Part shown: piece after piece, positions 17,579 to 27,152 of the stretch
Position numbering within the stretch: position 1 is the first letter of the stretch
Layout of the letters: each line of letters opens with the position of its first letter
NCBI GenBank assembly: GCA_004322365.1
Contig: SCTS01000006.1
Location: 70,201 to 134,200 of the forward strand
Direction: 5' to 3'
Source of the DNA: Patescibacteria group bacterium
Lineage (GTDB): Bacteria; Patescibacteriota; Minisyncoccia; Phycocordibacterales; Phycocordibacteraceae
Length of the DNA: 64,000 nucleotides
Made by a program: the position numbers and the translations under genes
Notes under the pieces: generated by a model
What the model saw: only the letters and a program-made list of their open reading frames with translations
What the model was told of the DNA's origin: nothing
Databases searched by the model: none

Positions 17579-18166
17579 CTAATTACACTTGTTCATGCCT
17601 ATTTGATACCCCTCTTCAATAACAGTTGCTATCGACTCCCCTGCCTTTTTCAAAACTTTTGGCATCACCTCCCGTTCTTTTTTTGCAAACTCGCCTAAAA
17701 GAAAATCGAGAACCTTTTTTTCTCCCAAAGGCTTCTTCAATTTTCCAGATGGAGTTGCTGGCGAAACGCCAAAACGCAACCGTGGAAAACCTTTCGTTTT
17801 CACTGCACGAATAATCGATTCGAGTCCATTGTGCCCACCAGAGCTTCTTCCGTAGGAGATCTTAAAAACACCGAACGGAATGTCGAGGTCGTCGTAGACA
17901 ACAAGTAATTCTGATGCGGCTTTTTTTGATTTCACTAATCCCGCGACAGCCTTACCAGAATTATTCATGAAAGTATCAGGAATAACGAGTAGAGCTTTCA
18001 CTTTTCCTACCTTCCCTTCCGCAGTGTGTGCGTTTATTTTTTTATTAAACTCCCAATCAGAAAAATCATACTTCTTCCTAAACCAATCAAGTGCCATACG
18101 CCCCGCATTGTGACGCGTGTGTTCGTATTTTTCTCCAGGATTACCAAGTCCAACGATGATTTTCAT
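17579..18166 (-). CDS. pth: Peptidyl-tRNA hydrolase
   Basis: 195 aa. MKIIVGLGNPG, HNAGR, FMNNSGKAV and GGHNGL motifs. Confidence 0.9.
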   Translation of the reverse strand: MKIIVGLGNPGEKYEHTRHNAGRMALDWFRKKYDFSDWEFNKKINAHTAEGKVGKVKALLVIPDTFMNNSGKAVAGLVKSKKAASELLVVYDDLDIPFGVFKISYGRSSGGHNGLESIIRAVKTKGFPRLRFGVSPATPSGKLKKPLGEKKVLDFLLGEFAKKEREVMPKVLKKAGESIATVIEEGYQIGMNKCN

Positions 18167-18172
18167 TGAAGC

Positions 18173-18252
18173 AGGTGTTAGGTTCTAGGTGTTAGGTTCT
18201 AGCTTTTTGAAAATTAAAAGCTAACACCTAGTCCCTAGCACCTAGAACCTCT
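18173..18252. repeat. CTAG-rich quasi-palindromic intergenic repeat copy (between divergent pth and lepB)
   Basis: GGTGTTAGGTTCTAGGTGTTAGGTTCTAGC-TTTTTGAAAATTAAAA-GCTAACACCTAGTCCCTAGCACCTAGAACC. Confidence 0.65.
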
Positions 18253-18347
18253 GACAAGTGTATACGAAAAAAATATTTTTGCATAAATAGCATTGGACAA
18301 CGAAAACAACCTTGCGCGCAATAGTAGCGAAGCGTACAATTCTTCTT

Positions 18348-18905
18348 ATGAATGACACGCGACGTGAGATTGTCACAGACACAATCAAGTTCGCACTCAT
18401 CGCACTCCTCATTGTTATCCCTGTTCGTTGGTTCATCGCACAACCCTTTGTTGTACGCGGAGCATCTATGGTGCCTACATTTGAAAACAATGAATATCTT
18501 ATTGTTGACCAGCTTACCTACCACTTTGAAGACCCAAAACGGGGTGATGTCATCATTATGCGATACCCTAAAGACCCAAAAACATTTTTCATCAAGCGCA
18601 TCATAGGCTTACCAAATGAAACAATTGAAACTATAAATAAAAAAATAATCATTCATAGGGCTAACGCGGAGCCGTTCACTATTGATCAATCCTTTATCGA
18701 TCTATCTCGAATGCGTGACGAACACACCACGTACACACTCGGAAACGACGAATATTTCGTCATGGGTGACAATCGCAACGAAAGTTCTGATTCTCGATCG
18801 TGGGGCAACTTGTCGCGCACTGACATCATCGGTCGTCCTGTGGTTAGACTTTTCCCGCCAAACCGAATACATCTATTCCCTGGGTCAGTTTCATTACAAC
18901 AATAA
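18348..18905 (+). CDS. lepB: Signal peptidase I
   Basis: TM anchor, then the GASMVPTF Ser box, the RGD(V/I)I box and the GDNRNESSDSR box. Confidence 0.85.
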   Translation: MNDTRREIVTDTIKFALIALLIVIPVRWFIAQPFVVRGASMVPTFENNEYLIVDQLTYHFEDPKRGDVIIMRYPKDPKTFFIKRIIGLPNETIETINKKIIIHRANAEPFTIDQSFIDLSRMRDEHTTYTLGNDEYFVMGDNRNESSDSRSWGNLSRTDIIGRPVVRLFPPNRIHLFPGSVSLQQ

Positions 18906-18949
18906 CTTTCCTACCTAGTTCTCTAAACTACTAATCACTAATAACAAAC

Positions 18950-20059
18950 ATGCGATCAATTGAAAAAGGAAAACAAAATGAATCCCTCGAGCAATCAATT
19001 GCACGCATTGCCTATGCATACGGATTCACAACGCAACCCGCAGCAATTCCACGTCGGGCGCTCGTTGCGACAAGTGCAACTACGGATCAAAAAACAACAG
19101 CATCAAGCGCACTCGTTAACCTCGCTCAAAGTGGTAAAGGACCAACACAATCTTGGGGAGTGTCACGCAAAGGTACGGGCACTTTACTTTCATTTGGTAT
19201 CTTTTCAACGCGCCACGCAATTGCACCAGCAATAGTAATAAAAACAGCGCTTTCTATTGTAGATGTTGCGGGATTCACTGACCTTTCTGTACTCGTATCA
19301 TCAGTAGGTGATGCAGAGTCGCGCAAAAGGTTCACTCGCGAGTTAGGAAACTTTTTCAAAAAACATCCCGAAGCAATTCCAGAAGATTTGAAGCAAGTTA
19401 CCCCGCATGATCCAGATTCAGCCTACCGCACCATGATCATGAGAAATGATCCAGGTGCCGAACAAATGCCACGTTCAATCGATTACCTTTCGGAAAATTC
19501 ACGCAAGACAATGCTCTCGACTCTTTCCCTCTTTGAATCAGTAGGTATTGCCTATTCCATACAGTCTCGACTAATTGCAGAACCGGGTATTGAGTCGGAG
19601 CTTTTATTTGCAATTGAAGGAACAAACAAAAAAGGCGAACGGGTGCGTGTTGCAAGTGGTGGTAGGTATGACGAATGTGCAAAACGCGCACGAGGTACCC
19701 AAGCAGAGCCAGCGGTCGCGATAAGCTTGGAAATGCAGGGACGGGTTGATGTTGATTCACTCGACGATGAGCCAGCGTGCTTTATTGTGCACGTTGGAGA
19801 CGCTGCAAAACTTCGCTCTTTCGCATTGCTTGAGGCACTCTGGCGTGCCCAAGTTGCAGTAGGTCAGGCACTGATGTTGGATAGCCTCCGTGATCAAGTG
19901 CAGAAAGGAACAGACTCGGGAAGTAAATATATTGCCATCATTGGACAACGCGAAGCCTTGGATCACACCGCCATCGTGCGCTCAGTCGTCACACAAGCAC
20001 AAATGACACTACCTCTCGAGAAGCTCGCACAGTATGTGAGCCGAGGCCACCGGAGTTAG
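18950..20059 (+). CDS. Histidyl-tRNA synthetase-like protein (HisRS/HisZ-like paralog) with degenerate class II motifs 1 and 2
   Basis: 369 aa. It retains the HisRS motif 3 region (VASGGRYDEC ... PAVAISLEMQGRV) and a C-terminal anticodon-binding-like domain (YIAIIGQREALDHTAIVRS). The FRYERPQKGRYR-type motif 2 is absent and the LVRGLDYY region is replaced by LIAEPGIES. Confidence 0.5.
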   Translation: MRSIEKGKQNESLEQSIARIAYAYGFTTQPAAIPRRALVATSATTDQKTTASSALVNLAQSGKGPTQSWGVSRKGTGTLLSFGIFSTRHAIAPAIVIKTALSIVDVAGFTDLSVLVSSVGDAESRKRFTRELGNFFKKHPEAIPEDLKQVTPHDPDSAYRTMIMRNDPGAEQMPRSIDYLSENSRKTMLSTLSLFESVGIAYSIQSRLIAEPGIESELLFAIEGTNKKGERVRVASGGRYDECAKRARGTQAEPAVAISLEMQGRVDVDSLDDEPACFIVHVGDAAKLRSFALLEALWRAQVAVGQALMLDSLRDQVQKGTDSGSKYIAIIGQREALDHTAIVRSVVTQAQMTLPLEKLAQYVSRGHRS

Positions 20060-20140
20060 GTGCCAGGTTCTAGGTGCTAGCTTCTAGCTTTTCTGAAATT
20101 TAATTAAAACTAGAACCTAACCCCTAGCACCTAGCACCTT
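20058..20140. repeat. CTAG-rich quasi-palindromic intergenic repeat copy
   Basis: AGGTGCCAGGTTCTAGGTGCTAGCTTCTAGC-TTTTCTGAAATTTAATTAAAA-CTAGAACCTAACCCCTAGCACCTAGCACC. Confidence 0.65.
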
Positions 20141-20182
20141 TGGTTGCTTCTCGAAGCAGGTTGTGCTTTAATACACACCACA

Positions 20183-20434
20183 ATGATTAATGTTTCAGTA
20201 ACAAAGACCGGAACCGAAAATACCATGGGCTTGGTACGCCGTTTCTCAAAACGAGTACTCGGAGCTGGAATTATCCGTCGCGTCAAAAATAACCGATACC
20301 GCCAACGCGAACTATCGCAGAGTAAGCGCCGTGCCGGAGCGCTCCGCCGTATCGCTAAGCATGAAAAATCAGCTACTTTGGAGAGACTCGGTCTCGTTGA
20401 TCCAAATGCCCGTGTTCAAAAGCGCGCAAAATAA
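20183..20434 (+). CDS. rpsU: 30S ribosomal protein S21 (probable)
   Basis: Small basic protein. GLVRRFSKRVLGAGIIRRVKNNRYRQRELSQSKRRAGALRR matches the bS21 pattern ALRRFKR..K.G.L.E.RRR.FYEKPS..RKR. Confidence 0.55.
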   Translation: MINVSVTKTGTENTMGLVRRFSKRVLGAGIIRRVKNNRYRQRELSQSKRRAGALRRIAKHEKSATLERLGLVDPNARVQKRAK

Positions 20435-20466
20435 AACAGTGGTCAGATTTTAGAGAGGAGCAAGAA

Positions 20467-20856
20467 ATGAATTTCGCAATCACAAATACTGCAAGGCACT
20501 CACTACCACGAGTGCCTTTTTCAATGATGAAAAGAAAAGTGCTTGGGAAAGAGTATGCACTCTCACTTGTTTTCGTCCCGCCACGAAAAATGCAGGAACT
20601 AAATCGGCAATACCGCAGGAAAAATGTCCCGACTGACATTCTTTCCTTCCCTCTATCCAAAAAAACTGGAGAAATATACATCTGTATGAGTGTGGTCAAA
20701 AAAAAGGCACCACAGTTTGGAATGAATACCTCTACCTACCTTCCTTTCCTTTTCGTACATGGAATGCTCCACTTACAAGGGCATGACCACAGCAAAAAAA
20801 TGGAAGCGCTTGAGCGAAAATTCTGCAAACTGTTGAGAATTGCGAGTCCTTACTAA
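20467..20856 (+). CDS. ybeY: rRNA maturation endoribonuclease YbeY
   Basis: 129 aa with the HGMLHLQGHDH zinc motif (H-x3-H-x5-H). Confidence 0.8.
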   Translation: MNFAITNTARHSLPRVPFSMMKRKVLGKEYALSLVFVPPRKMQELNRQYRRKNVPTDILSFPLSKKTGEIYICMSVVKKKAPQFGMNTSTYLPFLFVHGMLHLQGHDHSKKMEALERKFCKLLRIASPY

Positions 20857-20865
20857 GGGTATGCG

Positions 20866-21003
20866 TGATAGGATAAGTTTGACGACAACGTTTTGTGGTA
20901 AAAACCACATGATCCCTACGGATCCGACGATTAGCGTCATGATCCCTTCGGACCCGACGAAGCGTCGCCTATCCCCTAACCACTAACCCCTATCCCCTAG
21001 TTA
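20866..21003. repeat. Second intergenic repeat family (GATCCCTTCGGATCCGA..GAGGCATCGCC-type hairpins) upstream of ftsA
   Basis: GTGGTAAAAACCAC, GATCCCTACGGATCCGACGATTAGCGTCATGATCCCTTCGGACCCGACGAAGCGTCGCC, then CCCCTAACCACTAACCCCTATCCCCTAG. Related copies are at 27001-27035 and 38958-39003. Confidence 0.6.
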
Positions 21004-21005
21004 CA

Positions 21006-22178
21006 ATGGCACCCCGTATCGCAGTTGGCATCGATATTGGCACCTATCAGGTGCGCGTTGTCATTGCGCGTGAATCGGCAGACCGAACTTCTCTATTTCC
21101 TAAAATCATAGGCACCGGGTACGCAGAGTCAAAAGGTCTTCGACATGGCTACATTGTAAACGCAGACGATGTAGCTCGATCAATTCGCATTGCCGCAGCA
21201 CAGGCTTCAGAATTTGCAGGTGTAAAAATAAAAACTGCCTTTCTCTCTATCGGTGGCATTGGACTTGATGAAGTACGAGGCAAAGGAGACGCAATTATTT
21301 CTCGAGCTGACGCTGAGGTTACTGATCTTGATATCGAAAAAGCGATTGACGCATCTCGTGAAAATGTATCAGGAAGACTAGTAAACAGAAAAATTCTCCA
21401 CACCGTGCCTTTGGTGTTTTCAATAGATGGTTCAGAAGTGTTAGGTCGCCCACACGGCATGAAAGGAACAAAACTTTCTGTCGAAACACTGTTCGTGACC
21501 TGCTTAGAGCAACATGTAAACGACCTCATTGAATCCGTTGAGCGAGCTGATATTGCCGTGGCTGATACTATGGCGTCACCTCTCGCAGGATCCATCATTA
21601 CTCTTTCAAATGCTGAAAAAAAAGCCGGGTGTGTTCTTGCAAACATAGGCGCTGAAACAGTTTCAATAGTTGTATTTGATAACGGTATGCCGGTATCACT
21701 GAAAGTATTTCGCATTGGCTCGATGGACATCACAAAAGATATTGCCTTGGGACTCAGAATCTCGCTTGATGAAGCGGAGCAATTGAAACTCGGTGCAATA
21801 ACCAACGCTACCTACTCAAAGAAAAAATTTGATGACATCTTGACTGCGCGACTCACTGATATCTTTGAACTCATCGATGGTCATTTAAAAAAACTTGGTA
21901 AAGATCAACTACTCCCTGCAGGCATTGTTCTTTCAGGAGGTGGTTCCGGTATTGGCCCTATAAAAGAAATCGCGGAGTCAGCGCTGAAACTCCATTCGAA
22001 AATTGCATCACTCAACATTGCGAGTGATGCAAAAATAAAAGATTCGTCATGGGCAGTAGCGTATGGACTCACTATATGGGGACTCACCGGTGATAATTTC
22101 GCTCGTCCTACTGCTGGCATCGCCATCAAAGAAGTAAGCAACTCCGTTATGGGATTCTTGCGACAGTTTTTACCCTAA
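21006..22178 (+). CDS. ftsA: Cell division protein FtsA
   Basis: 390 aa actin-like ATPase (VGIDIGTYQVRVV ... LSGGGSGI), immediately upstream of ftsZ. Confidence 0.85.
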   Translation: MAPRIAVGIDIGTYQVRVVIARESADRTSLFPKIIGTGYAESKGLRHGYIVNADDVARSIRIAAAQASEFAGVKIKTAFLSIGGIGLDEVRGKGDAIISRADAEVTDLDIEKAIDASRENVSGRLVNRKILHTVPLVFSIDGSEVLGRPHGMKGTKLSVETLFVTCLEQHVNDLIESVERADIAVADTMASPLAGSIITLSNAEKKAGCVLANIGAETVSIVVFDNGMPVSLKVFRIGSMDITKDIALGLRISLDEAEQLKLGAITNATYSKKKFDDILTARLTDIFELIDGHLKKLGKDQLLPAGIVLSGGGSGIGPIKEIAESALKLHSKIASLNIASDAKIKDSSWAVAYGLTIWGLTGDNFARPTAGIAIKEVSNSVMGFLRQFLP

Positions 22179-22336
22179 CATCTCATCCTATTCTGTTTTT
22201 AATGAAAATGAACGACCTACGAGGTCGTTCATTTTCATTAAATAACGAATCAATTTGATAAAAAAGTCAAACATTGCAACGAGGGTTCATTTTCTCTATT
22301 ATAAGGCGACTAGCTTAATAACACTCAAAAAACACC

Positions 22337-23515
22337 ATGGTACAGGTACATTCAGAAATGGAGTCATCAGCACGAATTCGCGTCATCGGTATCGGCGGTT
22401 CTGGTAAAAATGCCATCAACCACATGGTTGCATCGAAAGTAAAAGGGGTTGATTTCATCGTGATCAACACCGATGCACAAGACCTCCAGCAGTCAGCGGC
22501 AAAAGCAAAAATCCACATTGGGAAAAATCTCACACGAGGCCTCGGCGCTGGAATGAATCCAGCAGTTGGCAAGCGCGCCGCTGAAGAAACACAATCTGAA
22601 ATCCAAGACACGCTCCGCGGATCCGACATGGTCTTTATTGCAGGAGGTATGGGTGGAGGTACTTGTACAGGTGCCGCACCTATCGTTGCAAAAATTGCAA
22701 AAGAAACTGGTGCGCTCACAGTAGCGGTTGTTACCAAGCCGTTCTCATTTGAAGGTCAGCAACGCATGCGCCTTGCAGAACAAGGTCTTGATGAACTCCG
22801 CAAAGAAGTCGACGCTTTAATTGTCATTCCTAACGACCGCCTGCTTGCTGTCGTTGATCAAAACACAACGGTACGAAGTGCATTCGCACTCTGCGATGAA
22901 GTATTGCGACAAGCAGTCGAAGGTGTGTCGGACCTCATCACCACACCAGGCAACATCAACCTCGACTTCGCTGACATCAAATCAATCATGGAAGATGCGG
23001 GCTCTGCTTTGATGGGCGTCGGTATTGCACAAGGCGATAAGCGAGCAGAAGAAGCAGCTCGTTTGGCAATCAACTCCCCTCTCCTCGATATTTCTATCAA
23101 CGGCGCAAAAGGCGTCTTGCTCTCAATTGCTGGAGGTGAAGACTTGGGACTTCTTGAGGTACAGGCCGCAGCACAAATTGTCACTGAATCAATCGACAAA
23201 AATGCAAAAGTCATCTTTGGCACATCAAAAGATGAGCGACTTAAGAAGGGCGAAGTTCGTGTAACCGTCATTGCAACTGGATTCCCTGAAGAGACACCAA
23301 GTGTGCACGGGCAACCTCTCTTCCAAATCGGTGCAAAGAAAGAGAAGAAAGAAGAGGAGGCAGGAAAAATATACAATACTATAATGCCAAGTCGGGTGGA
23401 TGACGAGGAGATCGTTCCGCCAGTACGACGCGACATGCCAGCACCAAAACCAGCCGAAGAAGATGATGAATGGGCAGCAGTTCCTGCATTCTTGCGCAGA
23501 AATCGTAAGAACTAG
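22337..23515 (+). CDS. ftsZ: Cell division GTPase FtsZ
   Basis: IRVIGIGGSGKNAINHM, the GGGTCTGAAP tubulin signature, the T7 loop NLDFAD, and a C-terminal tail. Confidence 0.9.
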   Translation: MVQVHSEMESSARIRVIGIGGSGKNAINHMVASKVKGVDFIVINTDAQDLQQSAAKAKIHIGKNLTRGLGAGMNPAVGKRAAEETQSEIQDTLRGSDMVFIAGGMGGGTCTGAAPIVAKIAKETGALTVAVVTKPFSFEGQQRMRLAEQGLDELRKEVDALIVIPNDRLLAVVDQNTTVRSAFALCDEVLRQAVEGVSDLITTPGNINLDFADIKSIMEDAGSALMGVGIAQGDKRAEEAARLAINSPLLDISINGAKGVLLSIAGGEDLGLLEVQAAAQIVTESIDKNAKVIFGTSKDERLKKGEVRVTVIATGFPEETPSVHGQPLFQIGAKKEKKEEEAGKIYNTIMPSRVDDEEIVPPVRRDMPAPKPAEEDDEWAAVPAFLRRNRKN

Positions 23516-23545
23516 TAACGAGGATTTGTAGTCAGAGAGAGAGAA

Positions 23546-23576
23546 AGAAAGCTGGAATATTCCAGCTTTCTTTATA
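23546..23576 (+). terminator. Rho-independent terminator after ftsZ
   Basis: AAAGCTGGAATATTCCAGCTTT followed by CTTTAT. Confidence 0.7.
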
Positions 23577-23844
23577 TGTTGGAGAGTTGGGGATTTCTTT
23601 TTTCTTGCTGTTTAAAGCCAAAAGCTATATTCAAGAATACAGCCGTCGCTCTCTCAGGAAAGAGAATTCTGATTCTCTTTCCTCTCGCTTCACTATGCTG
23701 TAAACTAGAAACTAAAGTCAGGAGCCGCGCTTTAATGGACGCGGGTCGGGCTTCAATGAACAGTGCTGGGTCGCCCCTTAATTGACGTGGGGGCGACCCG
23801 AAGTCGCTACTTCGTCTGCTGAATCACATATTTCACTAAATCAA

Positions 23845-24768
23845 ATGTACGATGTTGCAATAATTGGAGGTGGCCCAGGAGGCTCAGCGGCAGGCGTATA
23901 CGCAGCACGCAAACTTTTAAAAACAGTACTGATTACTGATCTTTTTGGCGGACAAAGTGTTGTTTCAGAGGAAATACAAAACTGGATTGGCACACCAGCA
24001 ATATCGGGCGCACAGCTTGCAAAGGACCTTGAAGCACATGTGCGCGCATATGCAGGCTCCGTTGTCGATATTGTTACAGGAGAGCGTGTGCTCAAGGTTG
24101 CTTCAGAAGATGGACATTTCACCATCACCACAAAGACTGGTAAGTCCTACAATGCAAAAACTGTACTCGTAACAGCCGGCGGCGCAAGACGAAAACTTGA
24201 TGTTCCGGGTGCTCATGAGTTCGACAACAAAGGAGTCACCTACTGTGCATCTTGCGACGGGCCACTGTTTAGCGGAAGTGATGTTGTAGTCATCGGCGGA
24301 GGTAATGCTGGGTTTGAAACAGCCGCCCAACTTTTGGCATACGCAAAAAGCGTTACACTCTTACACCGAGGAGAACAATACGCCGCTGACCCTGTCACCG
24401 TTGAGAAAGTATTAGCACACCCAAACATGCGCGGACTGCTAAACGCTGAAACGCTTGAAATCACTGGAGAGAAGTTTGTGAACGGTCTTCGGTATAAAAA
24501 TCTCGTCACTGGGGCGGAATCTACGCTCGCTGTTTCAGGAATATTTGTTGAAATCGGCATGGTTCCCTCAACTGAATTCGTTGACGGCTTAGTTGAGCTC
24601 GATCAATACAGACGCATTATTATTGATCACAAGACACAACAAACATCGTGCACAGGAATTTGGGCTGCTGGTGATTGCACTAGTAGCTTGTACCATCAAA
24701 ACAACATCGCCGCAGGAGATGCAGTGAAGGCACTAGAAGACATCTATGTTCATTTGAAAACTAAATAG
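23845..24768 (+). CDS. trxB: Thioredoxin-disulfide reductase
   Basis: YDVAIIGGGPGG FAD motif, CASCDG redox-active disulfide, GGGNAGFE NADPH motif. 307 aa from the internal ATG. Confidence 0.8.
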   Translation: MYDVAIIGGGPGGSAAGVYAARKLLKTVLITDLFGGQSVVSEEIQNWIGTPAISGAQLAKDLEAHVRAYAGSVVDIVTGERVLKVASEDGHFTITTKTGKSYNAKTVLVTAGGARRKLDVPGAHEFDNKGVTYCASCDGPLFSGSDVVVIGGGNAGFETAAQLLAYAKSVTLLHRGEQYAADPVTVEKVLAHPNMRGLLNAETLEITGEKFVNGLRYKNLVTGAESTLAVSGIFVEIGMVPSTEFVDGLVELDQYRRIIIDHKTQQTSCTGIWAAGDCTSSLYHQNNIAAGDAVKALEDIYVHLKTK

Positions 24769-24777
24769 AATCTACAC

Positions 24778-25716
24778 ATGAAGATCTTCATTTCAGGTTC
24801 TCTCGCTTACGACCGCATCATGGACTATAAAGGTCTTTTTGGTGATCATATCCTGCCGGAAAAAATCCACGACATCAATGTGAGCTTCTATGTAGACTCT
24901 CTAGAAGAGTCCTACGGAGGTACTGCAGGCAACATTGCTTACACACTCTCCCTCCTCGGTGATGAAGCTGTCATAGTGGCGAATGCGGGAAACGACTTTG
25001 AGCCATATATGAAGTGGATGACCTCACACCACATTGGGACTGGACGCATACGCATCAACGGAAATCTCCGCACCGCATTCGCCACCGTTATGACAGACCA
25101 AAAGTACAATCAAATCAGTGCTTTCTATCCAGGTGCTATGCGATTACCTTACGCACTCAACGAACACACAATCGACAAAGATTCTTTTGTCATCGTTGCC
25201 CCTGGCAACCCAGAAGATATGCGTGCCATCCCTGAATTTTGTCGCACACACGGTATTCCATTTATGTTTGATCCAGGTCAACAAATCAGCAACATCTCTG
25301 ACGACGACATCAAAAAAGGTATGGAAGGTGCGAAGGTTTGTATTGTAAACGACTATGAGCGAGCACTCATCACAAAGAAAACGGGGTGGAGCGCAGAAGA
25401 AATGCTCACGCACACAGAAATCCTTGTAACTACCTTTGGTGGAGAAGGCTCAGAAATACGAAAAGGCAACATGATTATTAAAGTTCCAGCAGGAACTCCT
25501 AAGAGCACTATTGACCCAACTGGTGCAGGAGACGCATACCGTGCAGGCTTTATGCATGGGCTTTTGAAAGGCTGGACACTCGAAACCATAGGCAAGTTTG
25601 CAGGACTCGTCGCCTGCTATACAGTGGAGTTACGAGGAACCCAAACCCATATCTTTAATCCAATAAGCTTGGGGGCGCGTTATAAAGAAAATTTTAAAGA
25701 ATCACTACCTTCATAA
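24778..25716 (+). CDS. PfkB-family carbohydrate/nucleoside kinase (probable adenosine kinase)
   Basis: 312 aa with the [13 protein letters not shown] anion-hole motif. It is adjacent to ahcY. Confidence 0.7.
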   Translation: MKIFISGSLAYDRIMDYKGLFGDHILPEKIHDINVSFYVDSLEESYGGTAGNIAYTLSLLGDEAVIVANAGNDFEPYMKWMTSHHIGTGRIRINGNLRTAFATVMTDQKYNQISAFYPGAMRLPYALNEHTIDKDSFVIVAPGNPEDMRAIPEFCRTHGIPFMFDPGQQISNISDDDIKKGMEGAKVCIVNDYERALITKKTGWSAEEMLTHTEILVTTFGGEGSEIRKGNMIIKVPAGTPKSTIDPTGAGDAYRAGFMHGLLKGWTLETIGKFAGLVACYTVELRGTQTHIFNPISLGARYKENFKESLPS

Positions 25717-25718
25717 AT

Positions 25719-26975
25719 ATGGAATACGACATTAAAGATATAGCTCTCGCACCCCTTGGAAAGAAAAGAATCGAATGGGCAGAACGAGACATGCCAGTGT
25801 TGCGCGATGTCCGCGCACAATTTGAAAAAGAACTCCCGTTTAAAGACATGAACTTTTCAGCATGCCTTCATGTCACCGCTGAAACCGCAAATCTCATGCG
25901 TACATTGAAAGCTGGTGGCGCCAATGTACTGTTGGTAGCCTCTAATCCCCTTTCAACACAAGACGATGTCGCAGCGAGCTTAGTTGAAGACTATGGCATC
26001 CCTGTGTATGCCATTCGTGCTGAAAACAAAGAAAAATTCTTCTCACACATCGAAGCTGCAATTGCGCATAACCCCGTCATCACCATGGATGACGGAGCAG
26101 ACCTCATAACCACCATTCATCGCGACCACCCTGAGAAAGCAACACAAATTATGGGAAGCATGGAGGAAACAACTACGGGTGTCATTCGCCTTCGCGCTAT
26201 GGCAAAAGATGGCGCATTAAAAATCCCTGTTGTTGCCGTAAACGATGCAAAAACAAAAAATCTTTTTGATAACCGCTACGGTACCGGCCAATCAACACTG
26301 GACGGCATCATTCGTGCAACTGATGCTCTCATCGCTGGAAAAGTCGTTGTGGTTGGAGGATACGGCTGGTGCGGACGAGGGTTTGCAATGCGCGCTCGCG
26401 GTATGGGAGCTCGCACCGTAGTTACCGAAGTTGACTCTATTAAGGCACTTGAAGCAGTTATGGACGGGTTTGAGGTCATGCCTATGAAAGAGGCCGCTAA
26501 GATTGGCGACATCTTCTGCACACTTACAGGGGACATCAATGTCATCGACAAAGCCCACTTCCCTGCCATGAAAGACGGAGCCATTCTCTGTAACTCAGGT
26601 CACTTTGATGTAGAAATAAACCTCAAAGCTCTCGAAGCAATGGCTGAAAAGGTCACTAAAGATGTTCGTAAAAATGTTGATGAATACCTCGTGGGAGGCA
26701 AAAGACTCTATGTCATTGGTGAAGGACGCTTAGTAAACCTCGCAGCCGCTGAAGGTCATCCTGCATCAGTTATGGATATGAGCTTTGCCACACAAGCACT
26801 TGCTTCGTCGTGGGTAGTAGCAAACAAAGCAACATTGAAAGCTGGAGTATACGAAATTGATCCAGAAATAGAAAACCGTGTTGCTAATTTGAAACTCGCT
26901 TCCATGGGTATCTCTGTCGACACACTCACCGAAGAACAAAAGCACTACCTCTCAAGCTGGGAAGAGGGAACCTAG
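25719..26975 (+). CDS. ahcY: Adenosylhomocysteinase
   Basis: 418 aa with a SAHH NAD-binding domain ([12 protein letters not shown]) and conserved N-terminal substrate domain. Confidence 0.9.
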   Translation: MEYDIKDIALAPLGKKRIEWAERDMPVLRDVRAQFEKELPFKDMNFSACLHVTAETANLMRTLKAGGANVLLVASNPLSTQDDVAASLVEDYGIPVYAIRAENKEKFFSHIEAAIAHNPVITMDDGADLITTIHRDHPEKATQIMGSMEETTTGVIRLRAMAKDGALKIPVVAVNDAKTKNLFDNRYGTGQSTLDGIIRATDALIAGKVVVVGGYGWCGRGFAMRARGMGARTVVTEVDSIKALEAVMDGFEVMPMKEAAKIGDIFCTLTGDINVIDKAHFPAMKDGAILCNSGHFDVEINLKALEAMAEKVTKDVRKNVDEYLVGGKRLYVIGEGRLVNLAAAEGHPASVMDMSFATQALASSWVVANKATLKAGVYEIDPEIENRVANLKLASMGISVDTLTEEQKHYLSSWEEGT

Positions 26976-27040
26976 GCTAGGTTCTAGGTGATAGGTTCCA
27001 GCTTTCAGGCGATGAGGCATCGCCTTCGAAGGGACCATAA
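26972..27040. repeat. CTAG-rich repeat copy plus a GGCGATGAGGCATCGCC hairpin
   Basis: CTAGGCTAGGTTCTAGGTGATAGGTTCCAGCTTTCAGGCGATGAGGCATCGCCTTCGAAGGG. Confidence 0.6.
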
Positions 27041-27063
27041 GAAAAACAGAGTAAAAATACCCT

Positions 27064-27100
27064 ATATAGTATAATTTAACGACCGTTAGATTATCCTATA
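27064..27100. repeat. Palindromic element related to 17445-17482 (ATAGTATAATTTAACG-AC-CGTTAGATTATCCTATA)
   Basis: It shares the AACGACCGTTA centre and ATAGGATA/TATCCTAT-type arms, and lies between the convergent ahcY and the minus-strand gene at 27153-28241. Confidence 0.6.
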
Positions 27101-27152
27101 CAAGGTATTTCAAAATGTCGCCGTGCATTTTTGATGCGAGATGCCTTTCAAT

